Positions 26,850-37,060 of a stretch of 64,000 nt of DNA are shown here, piece after piece. The notes below the pieces were generated by a model. The model had not been told where the DNA came from. It made no database searches and was given only the letters and a program-made list of their open reading frames with translations. Every line of letters begins with the position of its first letter. Position 1 is the stretch's first letter. Source of the stretch: a virus; the UHGV virus genome UHGV-0385297; one strand, given 5' to 3'. A program made the position numbers and the translations under genes.

Positions 26850-27163
26850 TGGAAGAGTTATTAGCAAAGTTATTAGAAAATCCTGATGTGCTGTTAGAAG
26901 CAGCAAAAATGTATGTCGAGAAGTATAAACCAGTGGCTTATGGTGTCGCACAGGAAGTTGTCAATGTATATAAAGATTATTCCGAGAATAAGGAATATTT
27001 CGCAGTTGTAGCAAAGGCTAAGAAGAATATGTATGACGCATATATGGAAGCCGGTTTTAACGAAGATCAGTCATTAGCTCTTATGATTAATGATAATCTG
27101 AAGTTGATGGACAATGTTAAGAGAATTGGCAATAAGAGTAGTTCTGTAAAGAAGGAGAAGTAA
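26849..27163 (+). CDS. hypothetical protein
   Basis: RBS AAGAAGGAGAATAAATAATG. Confidence 0.4.
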   Translation: MEELLAKLLENPDVLLEAAKMYVEKYKPVAYGVAQEVVNVYKDYSENKEYFAVVAKAKKNMYDAYMEAGFNEDQSLALMINDNLKLMDNVKRIGNKSSSVKKEK

Positions 27164-27337
27164 ATGAATCCAATTATGTTTCCTTTAGTTATTATGGCAG
27201 CAATCATATTATGGTTTCTGTTGGCAGCAATTTTTAAACCTGTAGGTGCAATTTTAGAACTTCTTTGGAACGATGTTAAAAAAGCACTTAAAGGTAATGA
27301 AAAAGAAAAGAAAGAGGAGAATAAAGAGAATGAGTAA
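27164..27337 (+). CDS. small membrane protein
   Basis: MNPIMFPLVIMAAIILWFLLAAIF TM helix; RBS AAGAAGGAGAAGTAAATG. Confidence 0.3.
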   Translation: MNPIMFPLVIMAAIILWFLLAAIFKPVGAILELLWNDVKKALKGNEKEKKEENKENE

Positions 27338-28256
27338 AGGTTTAATTGGTGGAGTAGGTTTAGCAGTATTAATTGCTGGTGGTCTGTTTGTAGGAATTAA
27401 GTGTACAGAGAAAATTCCAGCTGGATATGTGGGAATCGTATACAACAGCATGAACGGCGGGGTTGATGGAGAAGTTATCACACAGGGATGGCATTTTGTG
27501 GCTCCAACAAAAAAAGTAACTACATATTCTATTGGTATTGAACAGTCTTATCTTACATCAGAAGAAAAAGGGGATTCCCCAGCAGACGAAAGTTTTTCCA
27601 CTCCAACATCTGATGGTAAGTCGTTAAAAGTTGATCTTGAATTTTCATATAAGTTTGATCAGACAAAGATTGCAGATACATTTATTATGTTTAAAGGACA
27701 GCCTGGAAAGTCTATTAAAGATACATTTATTAAACCAAAGATGAGAGCATGGATACAGGAAGTAACTGCTAAGTATCCTGTAACTGATGTATTCGGTGAT
27801 AAACGTCAGGAACTGAACGAAGCACTTGATGTATATTTAAAGCAGAAATTTGAGCCTTATGGAATTGTCATTGACACAGTAAACTTTACCAATATTTCCA
27901 CAGATTCTGAAACATCTGCTGCAATTCAGAAGAAAGTAACTGCACAGCAGGAATTAGAACTCGCTAATATTGAGGCAAAGACAGCAAAGGTACAGGCCGA
28001 TAAGGATAAGGAAGTTGCTCTTATTGCAGCAGAACAGGAAAAAGAAAAGGCTTCTATTGTTGCAGAACAGAAAAAGATTCAGGCAGAAGGTGAAGCCGAA
28101 GCGACAAGAATTAAATCTGAAGCAGAAGCAGCTGCTAATGCTAAGATTGCGGCATCTCTTACTCCTGAACTGATTGAAAAACAGAAGATTGAGAAATGGA
28201 AAGGTGAAGTCCCACAGGTTCAGGGTAATGCTACTCCAATCGTAAATATGCAGTAG
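27330..28256 (+). CDS. SPFH/band-7 (stomatin/prohibitin/HflKC-like) membrane protein
   Basis: N-terminal TM helix then AGYVGIVYNSMNGGV...GWHFVAP SPFH core. Ala/Glu/Lys-rich coiled-coil C-terminal half. ATG at 27330 preferred over ORF-track start. Confidence 0.6.
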   Translation: MSKGLIGGVGLAVLIAGGLFVGIKCTEKIPAGYVGIVYNSMNGGVDGEVITQGWHFVAPTKKVTTYSIGIEQSYLTSEEKGDSPADESFSTPTSDGKSLKVDLEFSYKFDQTKIADTFIMFKGQPGKSIKDTFIKPKMRAWIQEVTAKYPVTDVFGDKRQELNEALDVYLKQKFEPYGIVIDTVNFTNISTDSETSAAIQKKVTAQQELELANIEAKTAKVQADKDKEVALIAAEQEKEKASIVAEQKKIQAEGEAEATRIKSEAEAAANAKIAASLTPELIEKQKIEKWKGEVPQVQGNATPIVNMQ

Positions 28257-28263
28257 TAGTGAG

Positions 28264-28473
28264 GTGTTGACATTGTTATTTGGTTTAGGTGCAATTATTG
28301 TATTTTGTATTGGTGTCGCAATAGCTCTTATAGTTTTATTTGGAGTTTTCTATTTGGCACTACGAATTTCTACATATATTGGAAAAGTTTATTATTTGTT
28401 TTCTCAAAAAGAGAATAAATTAAATGACCTTTATGATGAATTGTTTAATTCTTCATATCCAAAAAGATACTAA
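28264..28473 (+). CDS. small membrane protein
   Basis: TTG start per ORF track; hydrophobic N-terminus. Confidence 0.3.
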   Translation: MLTLLFGLGAIIVFCIGVAIALIVLFGVFYLALRISTYIGKVYYLFSQKENKLNDLYDELFNSSYPKRY

Positions 28474-28588
28474 ATTAAAGAAAGCGGCATTTCTTCAAGA
28501 GAGAGTTTAAATAGTAAAAATAATTGAAACGAATCTTAGTTTAGATAAGACTGGTACAATACGAGATCATCAGTCTAGGATTATAGAA

Positions 28589-28801
28589 GTGCAAGATTGG
28601 GATATATATTGTAAAGCATATGAAAAATACAATGGCGAGTATTTAGAATTTCTTTCAGAAACTATGCCAGGTGCTACATTGATGTCAAATTGTAAAGTAA
28701 CAGAGCTTGTATATGATGATATTCATTTAAGCTGTATTATCGAAAAAGGAATATTTAAAACAAAGCGCTTGGCATATAGAGTTTTCTCATTCGAAGCATA
28801 A
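28589..28801 (+). CDS. hypothetical small protein
   Basis: ORF only. Confidence 0.3.
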   Translation: MQDWDIYCKAYEKYNGEYLEFLSETMPGATLMSNCKVTELVYDDIHLSCIIEKGIFKTKRLAYRVFSFEA

Positions 28802-29028
28802 ATTTTTCAATCTTTAGATCAAATCGGATCAATAAATTCCAATAAAAATCAAAACTGAATAGCGAATAAATATATGGGTGGCACAGCATACCCTTGGGTT
28901 CTTATACTCAAAAACCACTGTTTAACATAGATGTTTATCTTATAGATTTACCTTCTGTGTTCCGCCTGAGAAGGCGTTTAGATAAATTGGTTATTAATAA
29001 AAATTATTATATTAGGAGGATTCATTTT

Positions 29029-30246
29029 ATGAATTTCGAAATGACAGGAAAACTGAGTATTTCTAAGGAGACAGAGAAGTTTCATCCATGGAGCGAAAAA
29101 ACATATCCGTCTGGTTGGGTTCGCAGACAGCTTATGTTTAATGTAACTTGTGGTGATAATCGTCACATGCTTACTGTAACCGCCGGTGCTTTTGAAGATG
29201 GACACGGTGATGTGTTTAGTTTTACTAAGGGCAGTGTAGATGAGAACGGTAAGAAAGTAAAAGGTGAATCAATCAGAATCCCATTTAAGGAAAGACTTAC
29301 TTCTCCGAAACTTGCTGAGATTGCAGAATTCAAAAAGTTTATTGTAGATCTGGAATTACCTGGTAGAAGATATAAGCTTCAGAACATGGTAGATGGTATC
29401 CGTGAGGGCAAGGAAGTTACCGATGAACAGCTTAAAGAAGTTGGTCTCACTTCTAAAGAAGAAGCGGATGAAGCTTTAAAGAAGAGTATTAAGAAGAGAC
29501 ATGAGTTTATCTCTGAATGGGATTTTGCAGAATTCATCAAAAAAGTAATTGACAGTGGTAAGTATACAGATAAGAAGTTCTTTATTCGTGGCAATGGTGA
29601 ATATCAGTATTCTGATTCTAAACAGCAGGTCTATGAGTCTTATATCCCAAATCGTATTTATTTAGCAGCAGATGATGCAGAAGAGTCTTCAACAGCAACA
29701 TTCAATATTATCTATGGTGCAGATGCTCTTGATGAGATGAGCGTTGAAGAAAAGGGCAAGTATTATGTGAGTGGTTTCATGATGGAGTATGAGAACAACC
29801 GTAAAGCGAATATCCCAGTGCCAGTTACAATTACTATTCCTGTTGATCCAAATGCTGATGACAAGGGTAAGAGAAGAATTGAGTCTCTTAAGCACAAATT
29901 CATGGTAGATGACGATACATATAAGGAGTACGGAGTGATCGTCAATATGCTGAACGGTGCTCAGAAGGTAGAGATTACAGAGGACATGCTGACTGAGGAT
30001 CAGCGAGAAGACTTAGATTGCGGACTGATTACTATGGATGATATTCGAGCTGAATTAGGCGGAAGTGTATATGGTGACAGAGTTAAAGAATATCAGTTCT
30101 TAAAACCAGCCAGAGGGTTTACCAAAGGGCGTCAGGATACAATCTATACTTCTGATGATATGGTAATTAAGCCAATTGAAACAGAATCTTCTGATGATGA
30201 GAACTTATTTGAAGAAGAAAGTGCAACTGATGATGATGAGCTGTAA
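29029..30246 (+). CDS. putative phage ssDNA-binding / recombination-associated protein with acidic C-terminal tail
   Basis: ATG at 29029 preceded by AGGAGG; ORF-track N-terminal extension lacks an RBS. Ends ESSDDENLFEEESATDDDEL, resembling acidic SSB C-tails. Sits immediately upstream of the ATPase and helicase genes. Confidence 0.35.
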   Translation: MNFEMTGKLSISKETEKFHPWSEKTYPSGWVRRQLMFNVTCGDNRHMLTVTAGAFEDGHGDVFSFTKGSVDENGKKVKGESIRIPFKERLTSPKLAEIAEFKKFIVDLELPGRRYKLQNMVDGIREGKEVTDEQLKEVGLTSKEEADEALKKSIKKRHEFISEWDFAEFIKKVIDSGKYTDKKFFIRGNGEYQYSDSKQQVYESYIPNRIYLAADDAEESSTATFNIIYGADALDEMSVEEKGKYYVSGFMMEYENNRKANIPVPVTITIPVDPNADDKGKRRIESLKHKFMVDDDTYKEYGVIVNMLNGAQKVEITEDMLTEDQREDLDCGLITMDDIRAELGGSVYGDRVKEYQFLKPARGFTKGRQDTIYTSDDMVIKPIETESSDDENLFEEESATDDDEL

Positions 30247-30252
30247 GAGACT

Positions 30253-30272
30253 GGGCTTAAGCCCTTTCTCTT
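30253..30272 (+). terminator. rho-independent terminator
   Basis: GGGC-TTAA-GCCC hairpin followed by TTTCTCTT immediately after the stop at 30246. Confidence 0.5.
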
Positions 30273-30312
30273 ATAAAACAAAATAAATACGAATTTAAAG
30301 GAGAATATACAT

Positions 30313-31470
30313 ATGGCATTTGGAAAGAGAAGTAAGATCAGTGACAACTTATACGATTATTCTATCATGATTTGTGGTGAATCTGGTGTTGGTAAGACAA
30401 CCGTAATCAGTGAACTTTGTGAAAAAGAATTTGGTCCTGATGGATATTTATTACTGAATACAGGCGATGAAGAAGGTGTTTCTGCTATTGATGGTGTTAC
30501 ATACGAAGATGTCCCAACATATAAGAAGTTCGTTGAGATTTGCAATGACATTGTAAAAAATAAAAACACCGAATATCCAGATTTAAGAGTAGTTATTGTA
30601 GATACACTTGATCAGCTCATTGCTTGTACGGAAACTCAAGCGATTGCAGATTGGAACAAAGAAAATCTTGGCAATAAGAATTTTAAACCCGCAAAGACTT
30701 TAAATAGTGTTCAGGGTGGATTTGGCGCAGGCTATGATGTCGTATTTGATATGATTTATGACAAAGTAAGGGCATTAGGTAAGGTTGGTGTGAAAGTTTG
30801 GTACACCTGTCACTCAAAAACAAAAGACATTATTGATCCTGTAACAAGCGCAGCATATACAACACTGACATCTAATATGGCTCAGAGATATTTCAACGAT
30901 TTTAAGACAAAAGTTCATGTTGTTGGTGTTGCTTGTGTAGACAGATCTATTGAGGCTGAAGGTACTGGCAGAACAAATATCATTAACCACAAAGAAATTA
31001 CTGTAAATAAGGTAAAAGACGAGAAGAGAAAGATTGTATTTAGAGACGATTCATATAGTGTAGATAGTAAGTCCAGATTTGCTGGCATTGTTAATGAAAT
31101 TCCTCTTGATGCAGATGCTCTTCGTACAGCATTAAAAGATGCCATTAAGAATTCTAAGAAAAATGAATTCACATCTAAAAATTCTAAGCCATCCGCTCCA
31201 GTAAAAGAAACTCCAACGGCAATTTCAGAACCAGATTATATGGACGAAGAACTTCCATTCGATGAGGAAGAGAAGGAAGATATTGACGATACTGTAGACG
31301 AAACAAGAGATTATCCAGAAGACCTTGCAGATACAATTCGTACTATGTTTAAGGAATGTACTGATAAGGACGTAAAGGCTGACGTTAAGAAAGTAATTAC
31401 TGAGTACGGCAAGTTAAATGACGTAGACGAAGAAGGGCTTAAGAAAATTTATGACATGATGAAAGGATGA
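30313..31470 (+). CDS. P-loop ATPase (RecA/Sak4-like phage recombination or replication ATPase)
   Basis: Walker A ICGESGVGKTT, Walker B VVIVDTLDQ, acidic C-terminal region. Confidence 0.5.
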   Translation: MAFGKRSKISDNLYDYSIMICGESGVGKTTVISELCEKEFGPDGYLLLNTGDEEGVSAIDGVTYEDVPTYKKFVEICNDIVKNKNTEYPDLRVVIVDTLDQLIACTETQAIADWNKENLGNKNFKPAKTLNSVQGGFGAGYDVVFDMIYDKVRALGKVGVKVWYTCHSKTKDIIDPVTSAAYTTLTSNMAQRYFNDFKTKVHVVGVACVDRSIEAEGTGRTNIINHKEITVNKVKDEKRKIVFRDDSYSVDSKSRFAGIVNEIPLDADALRTALKDAIKNSKKNEFTSKNSKPSAPVKETPTAISEPDYMDEELPFDEEEKEDIDDTVDETRDYPEDLADTIRTMFKECTDKDVKADVKKVITEYGKLNDVDEEGLKKIYDMMKG

Positions 31471-31967
31471 TCATCTTGCTAGTCAAGTGCAGAGCTTGTG
31501 GGCAAAAGATTGACAGGAATGATGCATTCAAAGTGGTAGTGGGCGGTAAAAACGCCTACTACTGCAATGAAGAAGAATACCTGGCTATTTTGAAAGAACG
31601 TGAAAACAAGAAAATGATGTATGACCTGATTAATCAGATTTTTGGTTATACGATTGTAAATACAGCATTATACAAAGAAATTAATCCATTAGTAGAGACA
31701 TATGGCTACACAATGATTTCTTCATATCTAAAAGAAACTTTCGATTATCTTTATGATGTAATCCATCGCCTTACCAGTAAAGAATATGGAAAAATCAGAT
31801 ATTTCTCAACTATTCTGCGTAATAAACTTCATGACTATTCAGAGAATATTGTAGTGGAAGAACCTAAGAAGCTCGTAGAAGTATCTGTTGATATAGAAGA
31901 AGTTCGTTACAGAAGAAAGAAGAAAAAACGTAGCCTGGAACAGATAGAACAGGAAATTGGAGACTAA
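31467..31967 (+). CDS. hypothetical protein with N-terminal CxxC...C zinc-binding motif
   Basis: ATGA overlap with upstream gene; CRACGQ...YYCNEEEY. Confidence 0.4.
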   Translation: MIILLVKCRACGQKIDRNDAFKVVVGGKNAYYCNEEEYLAILKERENKKMMYDLINQIFGYTIVNTALYKEINPLVETYGYTMISSYLKETFDYLYDVIHRLTSKEYGKIRYFSTILRNKLHDYSENIVVEEPKKLVEVSVDIEEVRYRRKKKKRSLEQIEQEIGD

Positions 31968-31968
31968 T

Positions 31969-33519
31969 ATGGCTGAGTTTATTACAGGTGTAAAAGAAAA
32001 ATATCCAGCGGCACTTCTAAAAGGAAGAATTGAGGCAGAAGGCAATGTTATCAGTTGTTTCTTCAAAGATATGCTGCTTTTGGATGATACGACCTTCGAA
32101 CAAAAGGATTTTATCACAGCAGACGGACTTTTCTATTTTTCTATGCTCAAAAATCTGCGTAAAAAGGGCTTTTATTCTCTGGATGAAATCACGATTTTAT
32201 CCAATATGAATGAGGACGTTATTGGGCGTTATGAGGACTGTGGAGGCTGGGAAGCCATTCAACACCAAATAGATATCATAAATGTCCAAAATTTCGATAC
32301 ATACATAGATATCCTCTATAGAGAGAATATACTCCTACATATGCATGATGATGGATTTAATCTTCTCAAAGAGATCATGGTAAATGGCAAGCCGGTGGTG
32401 CCGCTAAAATTGTTTCGGAAGATGACAGCAGAAGAGGTAACGGACTGGTACGATGCAAGAATTAATTCTTACGGCACAGGATATTCCAGCAAGATTCTTG
32501 AAGAAGAAGAAATCGACTTTGATGACGAGTTTATTGAGTCATGTGCAGAAGGTGAGGAGAATGGTGTCCCATTTGATATTGCTGGCTATGATGTGAATGG
32601 TGAAGAGATCAACTGTTTCCCGTTTTTGTCTGGGCAGACAATGGGGCTGTTGGAAGGTACATTTAGTATGATGGGGGGATATAGTAGCTGTGGAAAGAGT
32701 AGCTGGTATGTCACAATCATTATGGCACTTCTTCATTATGATAGAAAAATTTTAATCATCTCTAATGAGGAAAATGTAAAAAAATTTAAAATCAAATTCA
32801 TGGTTTGGCTCCTTGGAAAACATAATAGATATTTTAAGCTTACTAAAAAGAAAATGACTGCTGGAAATATTTCGAAAGAAGATCGAGAGCAGCTTTCCTC
32901 TGTTCAAAAGTTTTGGCGAGAAAATTATAAAGGTAAAGTTAAATTTATCGCAATTGATGATGCGAATATGAGTGTCGTAAAAAAGAAGATTAGAGAAAAT
33001 GTTCTTAGGTATGGTTATGATACTGTACTATATGATACTTTTAAAATGCAAGAAGCAGACATGTCAAATGCAAGACAAGACTTAGCTTTAATTCGGGACA
33101 GTAGAGATTTACATAAATTGGCAAAGAAATATAATTTGATTATGCTTGCATCCGTGCAACTTTCTGAATCTACTAGAGGGCAATTATTTCTTTCATCTAT
33201 GAACACTTCGAACTCCCGTCAATTAAAAGAAATTTTGGAGAATTATTTCTTGATGAGAAATATGTATCCAGAAGAATTCGATGAAAAAAGTAAATATTAT
33301 TGCCGTCCATTTAGACTAAAGAAGATTAATGATAAGTGGATTGAAGAAGAATATAAAGTTGATCCAAATGGAGTATACAGATGTCTTTTTGTTGAGAAAG
33401 CACGAAACGGTGCAAACTCTCAGGATAACGGAAAAGCATATATTTTAAAATATGACGGTGATCACTCTATTTTTAGAGAAATTGCGCAATGTTATCCAAA
33501 ACATGGAGAAATAAGATAA
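31969..33519 (+). CDS. DnaB-like replicative DNA helicase
   Basis: Walker A-like GGYSSCGKSS. C-terminal domain has LIMLASVQLSESTRG resembling DnaB H4 motif (QLNR). Length about 515 aa. Confidence 0.55.
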   Translation: MAEFITGVKEKYPAALLKGRIEAEGNVISCFFKDMLLLDDTTFEQKDFITADGLFYFSMLKNLRKKGFYSLDEITILSNMNEDVIGRYEDCGGWEAIQHQIDIINVQNFDTYIDILYRENILLHMHDDGFNLLKEIMVNGKPVVPLKLFRKMTAEEVTDWYDARINSYGTGYSSKILEEEEIDFDDEFIESCAEGEENGVPFDIAGYDVNGEEINCFPFLSGQTMGLLEGTFSMMGGYSSCGKSSWYVTIIMALLHYDRKILIISNEENVKKFKIKFMVWLLGKHNRYFKLTKKKMTAGNISKEDREQLSSVQKFWRENYKGKVKFIAIDDANMSVVKKKIRENVLRYGYDTVLYDTFKMQEADMSNARQDLALIRDSRDLHKLAKKYNLIMLASVQLSESTRGQLFLSSMNTSNSRQLKEILENYFLMRNMYPEEFDEKSKYYCRPFRLKKINDKWIEEEYKVDPNGVYRCLFVEKARNGANSQDNGKAYILKYDGDHSIFREIAQCYPKHGEIR

Positions 33520-34424
33520 TGGGAGCAAGAATAGATGAAACAAAATTAATCGGAGAGGTTTATGATCGATTAAAAATTGTAAAAACATATCGCGAAGGAA
33601 AACATATTATGTGTGATTGTGACTGTGCATGTGGCGGTCACAAATCTCATATAAGATATTCATCTTTAAAAGATGGATCTACAAGGTCATGTGGATGCCT
33701 TCAAAAAGAAATTGTAAAAGATTTGATGACAAAATATGATTTAGATAATTTGATTGGCGAAGAATATGGAGACTTAACAATTATAGATGCTTGTAGAAAG
33801 ACAAATAAATCATTAATTTATTGTAACTGTCTTTGCAAATGCGGAAAAATTGCAAAAAACATCCAATATAGTGCATTGAAAAACGGGACAACTAAATCAT
33901 GTGGATGCCTTCATGATAGATTATCAGCAGAACGTCTGTCAAAACAGCGAAAAAAGTATAACAAGTATCAAATAGGGAATGGGTATATGATAGGTATTTG
34001 TTATGATAATTCAAAATTCATTTTTGATACTGAGGATTATGACAAAGTAAAAGAATATTGTTGGAGAAAAGACACTAACGGGTATGTAGTAGCCTATGAT
34101 CCATATACTAGAAAAACTGTTTGGCTTCATAGAGTAGTGATGAATTGTCCAGATGGGTACGAAGTAGATCATATCCATCATGTAGTTGATGATAATAGAA
34201 AATCTGAACTTCGAATTTGTAAATTACAGGAAAATGCATTAAATAAAACGACTCCTTCTCATAATACATCTGGTCATAAGAATGTTCAGAAAAAGGGAGA
34301 TAAATGGTATGTTGTTATTAAGAAAAAATATATTGGTCGCTTTGAGTCATTTGAAGAAGCTTGTAGGATAGAAGAAGAAACTGAAAAACAAATGTACGGT
34401 GAATATAGCGTATATAGTAATTAG
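33519..34424 (+). CDS. HNH homing endonuclease with duplicated Cys-rich zinc-finger N-terminus
   Basis: EVDHIHHVVDDNRKSELRICKLQENALNK HNH core. Two repeats of CxCxC...SCGCL. Inserted between helicase and primase genes. Confidence 0.6.
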   Translation: MGARIDETKLIGEVYDRLKIVKTYREGKHIMCDCDCACGGHKSHIRYSSLKDGSTRSCGCLQKEIVKDLMTKYDLDNLIGEEYGDLTIIDACRKTNKSLIYCNCLCKCGKIAKNIQYSALKNGTTKSCGCLHDRLSAERLSKQRKKYNKYQIGNGYMIGICYDNSKFIFDTEDYDKVKEYCWRKDTNGYVVAYDPYTRKTVWLHRVVMNCPDGYEVDHIHHVVDDNRKSELRICKLQENALNKTTPSHNTSGHKNVQKKGDKWYVVIKKKYIGRFESFEEACRIEEETEKQMYGEYSVYSN

Positions 34425-34452
34425 AAATAAAATAACAACTTGGTGGTGATAT

Positions 34453-35478
34453 ATGTTAGAAGATATTAAAAAAGAACTGTTAAAAGATCCAGAAAAAATA
34501 AAGGACGTTTTAGAGCATTATGGATACTGTAACATAGTAATAAGACCTACATATATGCAATTCGGAAGAGATGAACAGTCTTCTAAAAAGAGTATTACTA
34601 TAAAGCTGGAAAACAATAACTGGCTTTATGTTCATGATTATGCCAGAAATATTCAGGCGGATATCTTCTCATATATCACCACTCAACGTCATGTAGAATT
34701 TGTCGATGTACTAAACGAAGTAAAGAAAGTTCTTAATATCACCGATTACTCAGATTATTTTGATAGAAGAGGAATTTTTGGCGGATTTTATGAGAAGATA
34801 CGAAAACGAATTATAAGTAAATCAAAGATATACGATGAAGCAGTTTTAAATTCTTTTGCTTTTAATGGCAATCTAAGATTTCTAAAAGATCATATTTCAC
34901 TATCAACCCAACGATATTTTGGCATTAGATACGATATTGAATCACAAGGAATTGTTATTCCAATAAGAAATGAATATGGTGAATTGATTGGAGCAAAAGA
35001 GCGCTTTAATTATGATATTCCAGATGGTGAGATGAAGTATTTTTATTCTTATCCTGGTAGATGCAGCACCACTTTATTTGGATATGCGCAAAATTATCCG
35101 TATCTTGTAGGGAATACGATTCTTATAGGAGAGGCAGAGAAGTTTGTTCTTCAATGTCATTCATACGGTTATAGGAATGCGGTGGCACTAATGAGTGGTA
35201 GTTTAAGTTCTCAGCAAGCAAAGTTATTAGTTGAGCTGCATCCACGGCAAGTTATCTTTATGCATGATCAGGGATATGAATATGAAAACATTAAAAAGAA
35301 TATGGACATTTTATGTCATTATTCCAGATTTTCAGAATTTGAAATTGGATATTGGGATTGGACAAAATCATATTATGCTCCAAAAGTTTCTCCTACAGAT
35401 ATGGGGAAAGAAAAATTTGAGTACATATTAGAAAATGAAATTACAGTGACAGGAGATATGGATGAAGAAGAACTATAA
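34453..35478 (+). CDS. putative DNA primase (Toprim-like domain)
   Basis: ILIGEAEKF (Toprim Glu) and VIFMHDQG (acidic Toprim motif). Position between helicase and polymerase. Assignment tentative. Confidence 0.35.
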   Translation: MLEDIKKELLKDPEKIKDVLEHYGYCNIVIRPTYMQFGRDEQSSKKSITIKLENNNWLYVHDYARNIQADIFSYITTQRHVEFVDVLNEVKKVLNITDYSDYFDRRGIFGGFYEKIRKRIISKSKIYDEAVLNSFAFNGNLRFLKDHISLSTQRYFGIRYDIESQGIVIPIRNEYGELIGAKERFNYDIPDGEMKYFYSYPGRCSTTLFGYAQNYPYLVGNTILIGEAEKFVLQCHSYGYRNAVALMSGSLSSQQAKLLVELHPRQVIFMHDQGYEYENIKKNMDILCHYSRFSEFEIGYWDWTKSYYAPKVSPTDMGKEKFEYILENEITVTGDMDEEEL

Positions 35479-37060
35479 TATTTTAAATGATTGTAGAGGA
35501 ATGGATGAAGAAGAGGTACTTGAGACAATTCTTGAGCAGAGATGTATTACAGATCCTGATCATTTCTTTAATCCTACAGAAGATGATCTATTGCCGTTAG
35601 ATTCGATGTATCGAATTGAAGAGGCAGCGCAAAGAGTAATTAAAGCATTCCGTGATAATGAACTGATTGGAATATTGTTCGATACAGACACTGATGGTGT
35701 GGGATCTGGTGTAATTATGACACGTTATTCAAGGAATTATACGAATAATATTCAGACGTTTATTGATCAGGGGAAGCAGCATGGTCTTATAGGTCAGGAT
35801 CTACAGCAATTTATAGAATTGGATTTACTTATTATCGTAGATAGTTTGGATAAGGATGTATCACAATACAGGAAATTAAAAGAAGCTGGTGTTGATATCA
35901 TTATCCTAGATCACCATGCAATTAAAGAATCTGAGCCATATGATGAGTATTCTATCTTGGTATCATCTCAGAGGCATTATGGAAACCCACAGTTATCAGG
36001 AGCAGGCGTAGTATGGAAGTTCTGTAAATACTTAGATTTTTATAGTCATACATCATACGCAGACGAATTAGTAGACCTTGCTGCAGTAGGTCTTGTAGGC
36101 GATATGATGGATATGACTGTTATGGAAAATCGATATATTGTATCGAAAGGTCTTGAGAAGATTCGAACTATTGCAATTAAGAAGATTGTTGGCAGTTTTG
36201 AATTTAATTCCACAGCTATTGCTTTTAGTATTGCACCGTTAATCAATGCAGCAAACCGCATGGGCAGAAATGAAATTGCTATGGCTGCGTTTCTGACGGA
36301 TGATAATAAAGATGCGTTAGCTTATGTAAAACAGCTAAAGCAATGTAAAACTGATCAGGATGAAGAAGTAAAGAGACTACTACCAGATGTATTAGAGCGA
36401 TGTGAGAAACAGTCAAATAATAAAGTGATCACAGTTTTTATTGATACTCCATATGGAATCTCAGGATTATTGGGCAATAAACTTCTTGAAAAGTATCAAC
36501 GTCCTATCTTGGTTTTAAAGGATGCTGGAAGTATCTATGCCGGTTCTATGCGGGCAGTAGGAGTCGATGATTTTAGAGCGATTTGTAATGAAAGTGGACT
36601 GGCACAAGTAGATGGTCATGAACTTGCCGCTGGTATCCAAATTAAAAAAGAAAATCTTGAAAAATTCTTGTCTTATGTCGAGACACATCTTCCAGAATTT
36701 AAAGAACCAGTTATTAATGTAGATATTCAGTTAGACGTAACCGATGTTACCAGGCGTTTAGTAGAGAATATTAAGAAGATAGATTATATTTCTGGTACAA
36801 ATTTTAAGCCTGTACGTGCATTTATAGACGGCATTACAGAGTATGAAATCGGAAATATGAGTGATTATAAGCATCTTACTATCAAGCCAAATGATTTTCT
36901 TCTGATTATTAAATGGAATTTTGATGGATCGTTTGATGAGATGGAAGAACATGCAATGATGAATGATGAGCTAGAAGTGGTATGTGGACTTGATAGTGGA
37001 TTTTTGGGTAGGAAGTTTGTGTTAAAAGCAGTATGTGATGAGATTGGGGAGGCTGATTAA
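35462..37060 (+). CDS. RecJ-like DHH-family single-strand exonuclease/phosphoesterase
   Basis: DHH motifs I FDTDTDG, II IIVDSL, III IILDHH, IV QLSGAGVVWKF. Start overlaps primase end by 17 nt. Confidence 0.65.
   Translation: MKKNYNILNDCRGMDEEEVLETILEQRCITDPDHFFNPTEDDLLPLDSMYRIEEAAQRVIKAFRDNELIGILFDTDTDGVGSGVIMTRYSRNYTNNIQTFIDQGKQHGLIGQDLQQFIELDLLIIVDSLDKDVSQYRKLKEAGVDIIILDHHAIKESEPYDEYSILVSSQRHYGNPQLSGAGVVWKFCKYLDFYSHTSYADELVDLAAVGLVGDMMDMTVMENRYIVSKGLEKIRTIAIKKIVGSFEFNSTAIAFSIAPLINAANRMGRNEIAMAAFLTDDNKDALAYVKQLKQCKTDQDEEVKRLLPDVLERCEKQSNNKVITVFIDTPYGISGLLGNKLLEKYQRPILVLKDAGSIYAGSMRAVGVDDFRAICNESGLAQVDGHELAAGIQIKKENLEKFLSYVETHLPEFKEPVINVDIQLDVTDVTRRLVENIKKIDYISGTNFKPVRAFIDGITEYEIGNMSDYKHLTIKPNDFLLIIKWNFDGSFDEMEEHAMMNDELEVVCGLDSGFLGRKFVLKAVCDEIGEAD

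Noticed and set aside
27970-28173. 67-aa ORF rich in Arg/Lys/Leu/Gln inside the SPFH gene
   Set aside because: Alternative frame of the Ala/Glu/Lys coiled-coil region; an artefact of repetitive codons.
28894-29028. N-terminal extension of the SSB-like ORF (ORF track start 28894)
   Set aside because: Non-ATG start with no RBS; a strong AGGAGG + ATG occurs at 29029 in the same frame.
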